From: an uncultured Dehalococcoidia bacterium
GTDB lineage: Bacteria; Chloroflexota; Dehalococcoidia; Lucifugimonadales; CAJWER01
Assembly: GCA_964608025.1 (NCBI GenBank)
Contig: CAZSLO010000012.1
Span: 6,347 to 70,346, forward strand
DNA length: 64,000 nt
Reading direction: 5' to 3'
In this document: positions 37,525 through 47,898 of the stretch, piece after piece
Position numbering within the stretch: position 1 is the stretch's first letter
How the letters are laid out: every line of letters starts with the position of its first letter
Program-made: the position numbers and the translations under genes
Notes under the pieces: generated by a model
What the model saw: only the letters and a program-made list of their open reading frames with translations
Told to the model about the DNA's origin: nothing
The model's database searches: none

Positions 37525-40513
37525 TTTGACGGTCCCCTGCCAAATCAAAAAAAATGGGACTGCTTACTGTTGCTCGAAGCGACCGTCCGTCGGCCAAAGA
37601 TACATAAACCTGATCACCGTTCCTTGCTCGGCCATTACTTATTATTGCCAGAGCGATAGGATGACCGAGATTGGCGCTCTGGTAACTAGAAGTCACGTGG
37701 CCAAGCATTGGTATTGGAGTAGGTGTTGAAGGATCAATTACAACCTGGCCACCCTCGGGGATTGGTTCATCCACCTGGTCCATTGTTACCAATCCGACCA
37801 ATTGCTTACGGTCACTCTGGCTCATGGCGGACCGACTTAAAGAACGCTTCCCTAGGAAGTCTTTGGAGTTGGAGACCATGCGTTCAAGTCCAATATCTAT
37901 AGGTGTCATTGAGCCATCGGTATCCTGGCCGATGATCACATATCCTTTTTCTGCTCGTAGAATATGCATAGCCTCGGTACCATACGGCGTGATATTAAAT
38001 TCTTTACCTGCTTGTATGATCGCTTTCCAAACGTGAAGGCCGTAGTTTGCATCAACATTAATTTCGTAAGATAACTCACCTGCGAAGCTAATACGAAAAA
38101 TACGAGCGGGTATCCCGGCAACCCTACCTTCACGCATTGACATGAAAGGGAAAGATTTGTTCGACAAATCGGCATCGTCACATAATTTCGATATTAAAGA
38201 TCTGGCCTTGGGACCATTGATAGACATAGTAGTCCAGTGATCGGTGACAGATGTCAGGTGAACTTTCATATCTGGCCATTCTGTCTGTAGCCAGCGCTCT
38301 AACCATCCCATCACATTAGCAGCGCCTGTTGTTGTTGTATGCATTATGAAATGGTCATTGTTGAGCCGCGCGGTAACACCATCATCGAGGACCATGCCGT
38401 CTTCCCCTAGCATCAATCCATATCTGCAGCGACCGATTTTAAGTCGAGTCCATCCGTTTGTATATATGCGATTAAGGAATAAGGATGAGTCCGGGCCCTT
38501 AATGTCTATTTTTCCTAGTGTCGATGCGTCTAGAATTCCTACTTCATTGCGAACTGCCAGGCACTCCCGGTCCACTGCTTCTTGCATCGACTCGCCAGGA
38601 TTAGGATAGTAGTAAGGTCGTTTCCATTGGCCAACATTTTCAAATTTAGCGCCAGCTTCTATGTGCCATTCGTGTATTGCGGTTTTTCTCACGGGATCGA
38701 ATAACTTCCCGATTTCCCGACCCGCGATTGCACCGTAAGTTACTGGAGAATATGGTTGCCTAAAGGTCGTAGTACCAATTTCGGAAACCGTGGTACCAAG
38801 AATCTTGGATAGTAATCCGATCCCGTTCACTGCACTCAGTTTTCCTTGATCAGTACCCATTCCTAGCGTCGTGTATCTTTTTATATGCTCTATTGATCTA
38901 TATCCCTCGCTTGCTCCGATGGATATATCAGCAGCGGTCACGTCTGTTTGCATATCTATGAAGCTCTTGTTGGCCCTATGGACTGGCTTTCTGCCAGGTA
39001 CGATCCAGTATGCTTGAGAAGGCTTCTCATATAGATCGTCTGTGGTTGGTGTTGGTAATGACTTTTTCCCGCTGCCAAACCCGGCATATGATGAAGCTTT
39101 TGCACCAGAGGCGTATCCTTGGGAGAGACACTCTGCCAGTGTGAGAGTGCCCTTACATGATCCGACTGAATACCGGAATTCCGTATCTTGTTCTGGGACG
39201 AAGCATGCCATGGCCTCGTCAAATTGCAGTTTGCCCCCTGATTGGGATAACAAACTCACCATTGGATTCCAACCCCCGGATATTGCCAGAAGATCGCAAT
39301 TCATCCATCTTGTTCCACCGAATACCGAAGTTTCGTTGTGTCGCATTATGCCGATTGATTTCACTGAATTTCGGCCGATGACATCTGTTACCGCGTGTTG
39401 GTCGAGTATCTCGATTCCTCTGTCGGTGGCTTCATTGATGAGCGTGCCATGTGGCTTGTGTCGAAGATCTACTATGGCTTCTACATTTAAACCAGCATGG
39501 GATAAATCTAAGGCTGCTCGGTATGCACTGTCGTTATTTGTGAAGAAGACTGCGTTAGTGCCGGGAGATACAGCATATCGGTTTGCATAATTCGATACTG
39601 CGGAGGCGAGCATAACCCCCGGTTTATCGTTGTTTGGGAACACAAGTGGACGTTCGATTGCTCCGGTGGCGAGGATAACCTGCTTGGCACGAATACGCCA
39701 TAGGCGTTGTCTTGGCCCATTGACATCGGTGGGACCCAGATGATCGGCCACTCGTTCTAGTATCGCAATGAAATTGTGATCGTAGTATCCAAATGCAGTG
39801 CTGCGAGGCAAAAGACGTACTTCGGGCATTGAACGAAGTTCAGCGAGGGATGATTCAAGCCAATTATTTGACGATTTACCGTCGATCTTCTGTTGGCTGC
39901 TCAGGAGGCTACCACCGAGTTCATTTTGTTCGTCCGCCAGAATAACCCGGGCTCCTGAATTTCCTGCTTCAATCGCAGCTGCTATGCCGGCAGGCCCTGC
40001 CCCAATTACAAGGACATCACAGTGGGAATTCATTTTATCGTATATGTCTGGGTCGGCTTCAGATGGTGCGATACCGAATCCGCCAGCTTTACGGAGTTGC
40101 CGTTCGAAAAATGGCCAAAGCCATCTTGGCCACATGAAAGTCTTGTAGTAGAAACCGGGAGGCATAAATCTAGACATTAAAGAGTTGATAGATCTGAAAT
40201 CTAGATTTAATGATGGCCACGCGTTGACGCTTGTTGCCTCTAAGCCTGGATAAAGTTCGACTTGGGTGGCTAGATAGTTTGGTAGTGTTCGGTCACCTAT
40301 CCCAAGTTGTACTAGGGAGTTGGGATCTTCAATACCGCTGCCCACAATGCCCCGAGGACGGTGGTATTTGAAGCTACGGGCCACCATTTTTACATCGTTA
40401 GCTAAAAGAGCAGAAGCGAGAGTATCTCCTTCAAGCCCGGAATATTTTTCGCCATTGAATGTGAATGTTATTGGCTTGTCTCTGTCAATCCTTCCCCCGC
40501 TAGGTAGTCTCAT
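37514..40513 (-). CDS. soxA: sarcosine oxidase subunit alpha
   Basis: 999 aa. N-terminal 2Fe-2S-like/FAD region, VLVIGAGPAGIAAA, C-terminal aminomethyltransferase (GcvT-like) folate-binding domain. Confidence 0.92.
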   Translation of the reverse strand: MRLPSGGRIDRDKPITFTFNGEKYSGLEGDTLASALLANDVKMVARSFKYHRPRGIVGSGIEDPNSLVQLGIGDRTLPNYLATQVELYPGLEATSVNAWPSLNLDFRSINSLMSRFMPPGFYYKTFMWPRWLWPFFERQLRKAGGFGIAPSEADPDIYDKMNSHCDVLVIGAGPAGIAAAIEAGNSGARVILADEQNELGGSLLSSQQKIDGKSSNNWLESSLAELRSMPEVRLLPRSTAFGYYDHNFIAILERVADHLGPTDVNGPRQRLWRIRAKQVILATGAIERPLVFPNNDKPGVMLASAVSNYANRYAVSPGTNAVFFTNNDSAYRAALDLSHAGLNVEAIVDLRHKPHGTLINEATDRGIEILDQHAVTDVIGRNSVKSIGIMRHNETSVFGGTRWMNCDLLAISGGWNPMVSLLSQSGGKLQFDEAMACFVPEQDTEFRYSVGSCKGTLTLAECLSQGYASGAKASSYAGFGSGKKSLPTPTTDDLYEKPSQAYWIVPGRKPVHRANKSFIDMQTDVTAADISIGASEGYRSIEHIKRYTTLGMGTDQGKLSAVNGIGLLSKILGTTVSEIGTTTFRQPYSPVTYGAIAGREIGKLFDPVRKTAIHEWHIEAGAKFENVGQWKRPYYYPNPGESMQEAVDRECLAVRNEVGILDASTLGKIDIKGPDSSLFLNRIYTNGWTRLKIGRCRYGLMLGEDGMVLDDGVTARLNNDHFIMHTTTTGAANVMGWLERWLQTEWPDMKVHLTSVTDHWTTMSINGPKARSLISKLCDDADLSNKSFPFMSMREGRVAGIPARIFRISFAGELSYEINVDANYGLHVWKAIIQAGKEFNITPYGTEAMHILRAEKGYVIIGQDTDGSMTPIDIGLERMVSNSKDFLGKRSLSRSAMSQSDRKQLVGLVTMDQVDEPIPEGGQVVIDPSTPTPIPMLGHVTSSYQSANLGHPIALAIISNGRARNGDQVYVSLADGRSLRATVSSPIFFDLAGDRQNVE

Positions 40514-40791
40514 GCTTCGCTCTCAGGAGCAGGATCTCCAATATGGTATGACTGTTTAAATTCGTTTGTGATTGTGTCACGTTGAGTGTTGAACCATTGA
40601 CGGCACCCCGAGGTATGGCACCATTGCTCGAGGTGCTTGCCCTTGGTATTACTTCGATAAAAAAGATAATTTGCCCATTCGTCGTCAACTAGATCTGATG
40701 GCCTTGAAGGACGGGTGATATGAGCTTCACCTCCATAGGTGAATTCAGTCTCATCTCGGGGTCCACACCACGGACATTCGATCAACAACAT
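40510..40791 (-). CDS. soxD: sarcosine oxidase subunit delta
   Basis: 93 aa, MLLIECPWCGPRDETEFTYGGEAH...WCHTSGCRQWFN zinc motif typical of SoxD. Confidence 0.92.
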   Translation of the reverse strand: MLLIECPWCGPRDETEFTYGGEAHITRPSRPSDLVDDEWANYLFYRSNTKGKHLEQWCHTSGCRQWFNTQRDTITNEFKQSYHIGDPAPESEA

Positions 40792-40881
40792 TCTCGATAC
40801 TCCTTGTGATATCTATAGAAAGATTCATGGCAGCATTCGGTTCAAGGCGATGATGTATCTGTAATCCTCGTAGCTCTTTTC

Positions 40882-42135
40882 TTAATGAGCAACTCCAGCT
40901 GCGCCATGCTCGTCGATTAGTTGTCCAGTCGTGAACCTGTCTAACGAGAAAGATGCATTTAATTGATGGGGGTGGTCGTTTGCTATGGTGTATGCAAATA
41001 CCCAGCCCGATCCGGGAGTGGCCTTGTATCCTCCTGTACCCCACCCACAATTGAAGTAAAGTCCATCGACAGGAGTAGAGCCTATTATTGGACATGCGTC
41101 AGGAGACGTATCTACGATTCCGCCCCACTGTCGCATTAAGCGGAGCCTGCTGAAAATTGGGAATAGTTCTATCAGAGAAGCAACCGCGTGTTCTATTACT
41201 GAGAAGCTTCCATGCTGGGCATAGCCTAGATAAGGGTCTATTCCAGCACCTGCCAATAATTCGCCGCGGTCGGTCTGGCTCACATATGCGTGTACCGCGT
41301 TGGACATAATTACTGAGTCCAATATTGGCTTGATAGGTTCTGTTACCCATGCCTGTAGAGGGTGGGTTTCTATTGGGAGTCGGAAGCCTGCCATGTCGGC
41401 AATGATGCCAGAACTACCAGCGACTGCAACCCCGATTTTATTTGCGTTGATGACTCCTCTTGAAGTTTCTACACCGGATACACGACCATTCTCACGACGA
41501 ATTCCGGTAACCTCACAGTGCTGGATAATATCTATTCCACGGGCATTGGCGGCTCGAGCAAATCCCCAAGCCACGGCATCGTGACGAGCTGTTCCACCAC
41601 GACGCTGGAGAGACGCCCCTAGAATTGGATATCTTGCATTGGCCGAAGTATTGATAATTGGTACAAATTCCTTAACCTCCTCGGTCGTCAAGAGTTCGCT
41701 GTCGATTCCATTAAGGCGGTTGGCGTTAACACGACGTGCAATATCTCTCATTTCTTGAAGGCTATGGCCCAGGCTGAGGACACCTCGTTTGCTGTACATT
41801 ACGTTGAAATTCAGTTCACGACTGAGCCCTTGCCATAATTTCAAAGAGAATTCGTAGAGATGAGCTGCCTGATCCCATAGGTAGTTAGATCGTACTATTT
41901 CCGTATTTCTACCAGTGTTGCCACCGCCAACATAGCCTTTTTCCAACACGGCAATGTTTGTAATACCGTGCTCTTTGGCTAGATAATAAGCCGTTGCGAG
42001 CCCATGGCCACCACCACCAATAATCACAACGTCATATTGTCTTTTTGGCTGTGCGTCTCGCCATGCAGTTGGCCATTTTTCATGATGTGCCAACCCGTTA
42101 CGTATAAGGTTCCAAATGGAATATTTCATAATCAC
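40882..42135 (-). CDS. soxB: sarcosine oxidase subunit beta
   Basis: 417 aa. FAD site [22 protein letters not shown]-family fold. Confidence 0.92.
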   Translation of the reverse strand: MIMKYSIWNLIRNGLAHHEKWPTAWRDAQPKRQYDVVIIGGGGHGLATAYYLAKEHGITNIAVLEKGYVGGGNTGRNTEIVRSNYLWDQAAHLYEFSLKLWQGLSRELNFNVMYSKRGVLSLGHSLQEMRDIARRVNANRLNGIDSELLTTEEVKEFVPIINTSANARYPILGASLQRRGGTARHDAVAWGFARAANARGIDIIQHCEVTGIRRENGRVSGVETSRGVINANKIGVAVAGSSGIIADMAGFRLPIETHPLQAWVTEPIKPILDSVIMSNAVHAYVSQTDRGELLAGAGIDPYLGYAQHGSFSVIEHAVASLIELFPIFSRLRLMRQWGGIVDTSPDACPIIGSTPVDGLYFNCGWGTGGYKATPGSGWVFAYTIANDHPHQLNASFSLDRFTTGQLIDEHGAAGVAH

Positions 42136-42422
42136 AGTATCTTTGGCAATAGCATATGATAATAGAGCGACTTCGATTAGGCTACAAGTGACATGCTAGC
42201 TCGAATAAAGATCTGTAATTCATCTTGAACGTGCCTTATCATTTCGAGGTTGTGCGACAATGCTGGTGTTTAGGCTTGTGTTTCATGGGTTTTATCCTTG
42301 GATGATGTCGATAGATCGACATCTGGAATAGTTCTTCTGGACTGATTTTCTTACGGTTTGCGTAAATACGATATCGATTTTAGCGGAGAGGCAGGGAATC
42401 GAGAGATTAAGATAGGAGACTT

Positions 42423-43520
42423 ATGAATTCAACGATTACTGTGTTGCCAGGGGATGGCATTGGGCCGGAGGTTACTGCTGAGGCTGTCAAGGTCCTAGAT
42501 GCTGTTGCCAGTAGATTTGGACATGATTTTGACCATATCTATGGAAGAATTGGTGGAAATGCTATAGATGATTTTGGTACTCCTTTGCCAGACGAGACGG
42601 TGGAGATGTGTCGAGACACCGACGGTATCTTGTTTGGGGCAGTGGGCGGACCAAGATGGGATGATCCGAATGCCAATACTAGACCAGAGGATGGCATCTT
42701 GGCGGTACGGAAAAATCTGGGCCTATTCGCCAATTTGCGCCCAGTCAAGGTATTCCCAGCGGTCATCAACTCTAGTCCGATTAAGCCTGGCTTACTAAAA
42801 GATGTCGATATCATGGTTGTACGTGAATTGACAGGAGGACTCTATTTCGGTCGTCCCAAGAAGCGTTGGTCAACCTCGCGGGGGCGTCGTGCGGTTGACA
42901 CCTTGAGTTATACCGAAAAGGAAATTGAAAGAATTATCCGTGTCGCTTTTGAATTGGCTAAAACCCGACGCAATAGGCTCACATCAACGGATAAGGCTAA
43001 TGTTTTGGCTACATCCCGTCTATGGAGAGAAATTGCCACAGAGATATCAGGAGAATTTCCAGAGGTCGAATTAGAGCATATTTATGCCGATAACTTATCG
43101 ATGCAGATAATTAGAAATCCCAGTCATTTTGATGTGATAGTAGGGGAAAATACATTTGGTGACATCATCTCAGACGAAGCAGCCGTTCTCGCCGGGTCGC
43201 TTGGGATGCTCCCGTCAGCTAGCCTGTCTGGACTCTCTTTGAAAAAAAGCCGGCGGGGTAGGCCTGTATCATTATTTGAGCCGATTCACGGAAGCGCCCC
43301 TGACATTGCCGGTAAAGGGATAGCCAATCCAATTGGAATGATTTTAAGTGCTGCAATGATGTTGAGGTATTCGCTTACACTACATGAAGAAGCTGATGCT
43401 ATTGAGAAGGCTATCGAAGGAGTGCTTGCTGACGGGTATCGTACTCCCGATATAGCTGGAGATGGTGGAAATTTAGTGGATACTATGCGCATGGGCGATG
43501 TTATCTCTGGACGTATTTGA
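42423..43520 (+). CDS. leuB: 3-isopropylmalate dehydrogenase
   Basis: 365 aa, ITVLPGDGIGPEV, NLRP, ELTGGLYFG, NTFGDIISDEAA. Confidence 0.94.
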   Translation: MNSTITVLPGDGIGPEVTAEAVKVLDAVASRFGHDFDHIYGRIGGNAIDDFGTPLPDETVEMCRDTDGILFGAVGGPRWDDPNANTRPEDGILAVRKNLGLFANLRPVKVFPAVINSSPIKPGLLKDVDIMVVRELTGGLYFGRPKKRWSTSRGRRAVDTLSYTEKEIERIIRVAFELAKTRRNRLTSTDKANVLATSRLWREIATEISGEFPEVELEHIYADNLSMQIIRNPSHFDVIVGENTFGDIISDEAAVLAGSLGMLPSASLSGLSLKKSRRGRPVSLFEPIHGSAPDIAGKGIANPIGMILSAAMMLRYSLTLHEEADAIEKAIEGVLADGYRTPDIAGDGGNLVDTMRMGDVISGRI

Positions 43521-43538
43521 CGGAATATCTGATAAACC

Positions 43539-44042
43539 ATGGGAAAAGATACGTTAGTCGTATTCGCGTATTCTGATGGCTCAGCTATAGGTAATCCCGG
43601 CCCAGGTGGTTACGGCGTCGTTCTTAAGTACGGTGAAACCGTAAATGAATTGTCAGCTGGGTATCGACACACGACGAATAATAGGATGGAGCTTCTTGGG
43701 GCAATAGTTGCCCTTGAGACATTGAAGCATAGTTGTCAGGTTGAATTAACGAGTGATTCCCGATATTTAATTGATGGCATATCTAAAGGTTGGGCTGAGA
43801 GATGGCGTGCTAATGGATGGCGACGTGGTAAACAACGAGGTAAAGCACTAAACTCAGATTTGTGGGAGCGGTTGCTCAAGGCCATTTCCAGGCATAATTT
43901 GACTTTAAAATGGGTTCGTGGCCACGCAGGCCATCCAGAAAATGAAAGGTGTGATCAACTTGCTAACCAGGCAGCTAGGGGCATCGATCTCCCAGCTGAT
44001 GAAGAATACGAAAGGATCAATGGAAGAGTTGGTGACGTATAG
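43539..44042 (+). CDS. rnhA: ribonuclease HI
   Basis: 167 aa, DGSAIGNPGPGGYG, TNNRMEL, SDSRYL, WVRGHAGHPENERCDQLA. Confidence 0.92.
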   Translation: MGKDTLVVFAYSDGSAIGNPGPGGYGVVLKYGETVNELSAGYRHTTNNRMELLGAIVALETLKHSCQVELTSDSRYLIDGISKGWAERWRANGWRRGKQRGKALNSDLWERLLKAISRHNLTLKWVRGHAGHPENERCDQLANQAARGIDLPADEEYERINGRVGDV

Positions 44043-44081
44043 CCAAAACCGCATTATGCTCTATGATTTTGGGAGCATAGA

Positions 44082-44708
44082 ATGCCTCGATTGAGACTGG
44101 GCTTCTTGGCGTCCCACGGTGGTAGTAACATGCAGGCTGTTATAGACGCTTGTCGTGATGGCCATATTGATGCCGAACCATGTGTCGCCATTAGCAACAA
44201 TTCGCGATCACGAGCAGGACGGCGTGCGACTGAAGCAGGAATAGCATATTCCCATTTGAGTACTAAGACCCATCCTGAAGACAATGCTAGAGACAAAGCA
44301 ATTCTGGATGTTTTTGAACGACACAGTGTAGATCTAGTTGTGCTAGGTGGCTATATGAAGAAACTAGGATCGGCTACTTTGCATAGGTATCAAAATAGGA
44401 TTACCAATGTACATCCCTCGCTTTTACCTAAATTCGGAGGCCGAGGATTCTATGGCCAGGCTGTTCATAAGGCGGTAATTGCATCTGGGGACCTTATTAC
44501 TGGAGCGACTATCCATTTGGTTGACGAGCATTTTGATCACGGCCAGATCATCGCCCAGCAGGTCGTTTCTGTAATGCAAGAGGATACGGCTGAAACGCTA
44601 GGAGAGAGAGTCTTACAGGTAGAGCATGAGCTTTACGTGGAAACAATTCGTCGGATCGCTTCTGGAGAAATAGACCTGGATGATATAACGTCTACCAGCA
44701 GGAGTTAG
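44082..44708 (+). CDS. purN: phosphoribosylglycinamide formyltransferase
   Basis: 208 aa, ASHGGSNMQA, VLGGYMK, NVHPSLLP, GATIHLVDEHFDHGQII. Confidence 0.92.
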   Translation: MPRLRLGFLASHGGSNMQAVIDACRDGHIDAEPCVAISNNSRSRAGRRATEAGIAYSHLSTKTHPEDNARDKAILDVFERHSVDLVVLGGYMKKLGSATLHRYQNRITNVHPSLLPKFGGRGFYGQAVHKAVIASGDLITGATIHLVDEHFDHGQIIAQQVVSVMQEDTAETLGERVLQVEHELYVETIRRIASGEIDLDDITSTSRS

Positions 44709-44773
44709 TTGTAGGGTGTGGTGGCAGGGAGTACCTCGAAACACAAGGCGGATAATTTTAAGTATAAGGTTTC

Positions 44774-45775
44774 TTATACTGCTGCTGGTCCGAAAATAAT
44801 ATCCGATCCGTCCTTGAGTTCGGTCGTGATTCTCAAAATGCCTGGCCGTACGACGGAAGCTGACTGCCGATTGCGATCTACTACCACGGAGGGTGCACGG
44901 CACCAAGCTGCCGGCACCCGGGTATCTAGGGTAAGAGCCTGGTATGGCACCCCTTGGGGAAGCCTGTCTAAATGGACTCGATAATGTTGAATGCCAGGTG
45001 AAGTTGCCACTGATTCGATACGAGCGTGACGGCGCATTAGATGATAGCTCAGCACTTCTTCAGGGACTGCCCACCAGACGTCATCCCCTCCTTCTGATAA
45101 CACAACCTCAAATCTTTCTCTCAACTGGGATGCTGAGCAGTCTTTACTTGGATGAAGAGGTTCTTCGATTGGACAGTGGCAATAATCAATTAACCAACCA
45201 GAGCGAGATCGAGCCAGGTTTATGTTCCGGTAGGGATCAAATGCGCTAAAGAATGGAGGGTAGTAGTGGTCGTGTAATGCTGTCCGGTTAATCCAGAAAA
45301 GTTCCTCTCCAGGAATATTGATTGCGTCCGTTATACTCATGGCGCCTAGATATCCGAATTTGCGACATGCATCCAGTACATGCGGCGCCATGTTTATATT
45401 GTCTCCTGGGGCACAGTAGAGGATTACGGGCTGATCGATACAGCTCTCCAGCACTTTTTTTGCCTGGCCTATTTCCATGTCGACTTTCTCGGGAGGGATT
45501 GTTTGGTGGGACCAAGAATGGTTGCCTATACCCCATCCCCTGGCAATTAAATCGTTGAGCTCATCAGCATTCATATGCCGCAACCCGTTAAAGGTAGAGT
45601 TACCAATATTGCGAGTTATTCCTATTTGACTGACTACGACTTCTACGTGGCCAGGTGTACCGAGTTCTTCGTGCAATGGTATTGCGAATTGGTGGAGATC
45701 TGACAGTGCCTCATCATATGTGATGGAGTAAACCCATTGCTTGCCATACTTCCACGGGCAGATGGACATATCCAT
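44774..45775 (-). CDS. polysaccharide deacetylase (carbohydrate esterase 4) family protein
   Basis: 333 aa. SITYDEA stands in place of the TFDD motif. His-His motif GNHSWSH. Last gene of a four-gene co-directional cluster. Confidence 0.7.
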   Translation of the reverse strand: MDMSICPWKYGKQWVYSITYDEALSDLHQFAIPLHEELGTPGHVEVVVSQIGITRNIGNSTFNGLRHMNADELNDLIARGWGIGNHSWSHQTIPPEKVDMEIGQAKKVLESCIDQPVILYCAPGDNINMAPHVLDACRKFGYLGAMSITDAINIPGEELFWINRTALHDHYYPPFFSAFDPYRNINLARSRSGWLIDYCHCPIEEPLHPSKDCSASQLRERFEVVLSEGGDDVWWAVPEEVLSYHLMRRHARIESVATSPGIQHYRVHLDRLPQGVPYQALTLDTRVPAAWCRAPSVVVDRNRQSASVVRPGILRITTELKDGSDIIFGPAAV

Positions 45776-45777
45776 TG

Positions 45778-46590
45778 TTAATCTCCCTGTTCTGGTGGTA
45801 GACCCAACGAGGGATCCATATTAAAGTCTCTTGTGTTACTGGAGAAGGCATTACAAAGTTGGTCGAAGGTGGTGCTATAACCTATTTTCCATTCAAAGAT
45901 ATGTATTCCATATCGGGTAGCAAGACGTTCTGGAAAAGATTGAGGTGTTTCAACTCCTACCGTAGCATCTCGTATCAGGATACAACGATAACCGCGTTCT
46001 AGCATTGCGCGTGCACCTCCTTCTGCGTTCAGCACACACATGTCCGTCGCAAAGCCCGCGTATATCAGGGTTTTTATCCCACGCTCCTTCAAGTAGGTAT
46101 CAAGTAAATCCGAATAGAAGAATAGAGATTCGTTTCCAATGGGGCTGACGATTTCTGCACGCCTCATATGGACGATCGGGGATTTTTGCAGATATTCTGG
46201 CCCGTGTGCTCTATCCATGATTTCACGGTGATGTATAGGTTGAAACCGAACATTTTTACCGGTCCGACGAGACTCCATATCTGGGTACCAAGTATCCATC
46301 CAATCGGACTCTACGTGGACTACATTCATTCCAAGAGAACGAGCAGAATCCATAGCGGGACGGATCATCCCTGACATGATTCGTCCCGCTTCCTCGGTTG
46401 CCTGAGGCCAACCCATACCGACGCAGTAGTCGTTGTTGATAGCTGGCCCGTCTACACATCCAATGTTCCAGCAATGAATGCCAACCAAAGCGGTATTATC
46501 GACATTGAGTTGAAAGTTTACGGTTTCGTAACTCGGCCGATTTATGGGGATTGCCCTATAGTATCGGGTCGGGAGTGTAATCTGGGTCAA
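45778..46590 (-). CDS. isochorismatase-family cysteine hydrolase-like protein
   Basis: 270 aa, ALVGIHCWN, LIYAGFATDMCVLNAEGGARAMLERGYRCILIRDA with the family's catalytic Cys context. Confidence 0.72.
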   Translation of the reverse strand: MTQITLPTRYYRAIPINRPSYETVNFQLNVDNTALVGIHCWNIGCVDGPAINNDYCVGMGWPQATEEAGRIMSGMIRPAMDSARSLGMNVVHVESDWMDTWYPDMESRRTGKNVRFQPIHHREIMDRAHGPEYLQKSPIVHMRRAEIVSPIGNESLFFYSDLLDTYLKERGIKTLIYAGFATDMCVLNAEGGARAMLERGYRCILIRDATVGVETPQSFPERLATRYGIHIFEWKIGYSTTFDQLCNAFSSNTRDFNMDPSLGLPPEQGD

Positions 46591-46613
46591 TTATTTCCCC
46601 TTTTATACGAACT

Positions 46614-47876
46614 TTAGCGCCGATTTTGATCAGCAATACGCCGAACGATATTAGCAGCTAATTCGCAGTGACTCTCGTCGTATTTCTCGCAGAATGTCGA
46701 CCAGCGGACGAAGCGTTCAAGGAAAGAGTGGGCGTTTGGGGTGTTTGAAGCCTCGTATTTGTAGCTGCGAGATGCCGGAGGTTCGGAATAAGGATAGATC
46801 CGTGAGATTGCTTTCTCTTTCAGGAAAGGTAGAGCTTCTTGGAGAAGATAGTATCGGGCTTGCCCGGCACCCGGGATACCCCCATCGGCTAGCCTGTTGC
46901 CAAAGGTCTCTGTGTCACAGCTGAATTGCTGGGGATCGATCGTAAATCCTGCCATCCAACAAGAATACGTATCGACATATTCTGGTATGTGTATAGGGGC
47001 GATCCCCGGAATTTCGTCAAGCATCTCGTAGAGTAACCTAATCATGCGGTCCCTTTGAGCCACTTGTGGGCCAATGATATCAAGTTGTGCCAGGGTTAAT
47101 GCAGCTGTCGACTGTGTCATTCTGTGGGCAAATCCATTAGTCGTGTGAACCCGCCCGAAGTGAGCGACTGTTTGGGATCCCCGACTTTGGCCTACCAGGC
47201 GTGCTTGTTCGGCCAGTGAGTCATCGTCAGTTAGGATGCATCCCCCTACATCTGATCCCATAGTTTTCTCAGAATCGAATGAGAAAGCTCCTGCGGTTGA
47301 CATCGTACCGGCATATTTCCCCTTGTATTGACCAAATACAGCCTGGCAGGCGTCTTCATACACGATCAAACCATGTTTATCTGCCAATTCATTGATAGGA
47401 TCCATGTCGCAAATTAGCCCGGTCATGTGCACTACAAGAATTGCCCGAGTACGCTTTCCGATATATGGCTTGATAGTTTCTGCAGTTATATTGACCGTGT
47501 TAGGCTCGACGTCTGCGAAAACAGGGATGTAATTTTGGGCGATAAGTCCCTGGACGGTGCCAAAATCACTGATCGGGCTCACGATTATCTCGTCCCCTGG
47601 TTCGAAGTCAAATGTGGCTGCAAGTACTGATAGCGCCGGTGTGCAACCAGGTGTCGCGATGCAGTGCTTGACCCCACTTGCCCGAGCGAATGCGCTTTCA
47701 AAGCGATCTACCATGTCACTGGTGAGACCAGACTCTACTACCTCTTTAAGTAGTTCCTCGGCACGGGGCCCAATAGGTCGGGGGAAAGGTACAGGAAGAT
47801 CAGATTGTGTAATTGGCTGGGAATCGAATCCATACTTGGTACGTGGTCCGTTGGGACCAGTAGGCTTGGATCTCAT
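46614..47876 (-). CDS. DegT/DnrJ/EryC1/StrS family PLP-dependent aminotransferase
   Basis: 420 aa. Fold-type I, putative PLP-Lys context FSFDSEKTMG, family-typical N-terminal FE..FA. Confidence 0.82.
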   Translation of the reverse strand: MRSKPTGPNGPRTKYGFDSQPITQSDLPVPFPRPIGPRAEELLKEVVESGLTSDMVDRFESAFARASGVKHCIATPGCTPALSVLAATFDFEPGDEIIVSPISDFGTVQGLIAQNYIPVFADVEPNTVNITAETIKPYIGKRTRAILVVHMTGLICDMDPINELADKHGLIVYEDACQAVFGQYKGKYAGTMSTAGAFSFDSEKTMGSDVGGCILTDDDSLAEQARLVGQSRGSQTVAHFGRVHTTNGFAHRMTQSTAALTLAQLDIIGPQVAQRDRMIRLLYEMLDEIPGIAPIHIPEYVDTYSCWMAGFTIDPQQFSCDTETFGNRLADGGIPGAGQARYYLLQEALPFLKEKAISRIYPYSEPPASRSYKYEASNTPNAHSFLERFVRWSTFCEKYDESHCELAANIVRRIADQNRR

Positions 47877-47898
47877 GACTTTATTCCATTGGCCGTGA

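Noticed and set aside
39042-39590. 182-aa plus-strand ORF, plus other antisense ORFs within 37.5-40.5 kb.
   Set aside because: They lie inside soxA on the opposite strand. soxA is continuous over 999 aa with recognisable domains.
42260-42331. 23-codon upstream ORF (MLVFRLVFHGFYPWMMSIDRHLE) before leuB, considered as a leucine attenuation leader.
   Set aside because: It has only three scattered Leu codons, no Leu run, no Shine-Dalgarno sequence and no obvious terminator/antiterminator alternative.
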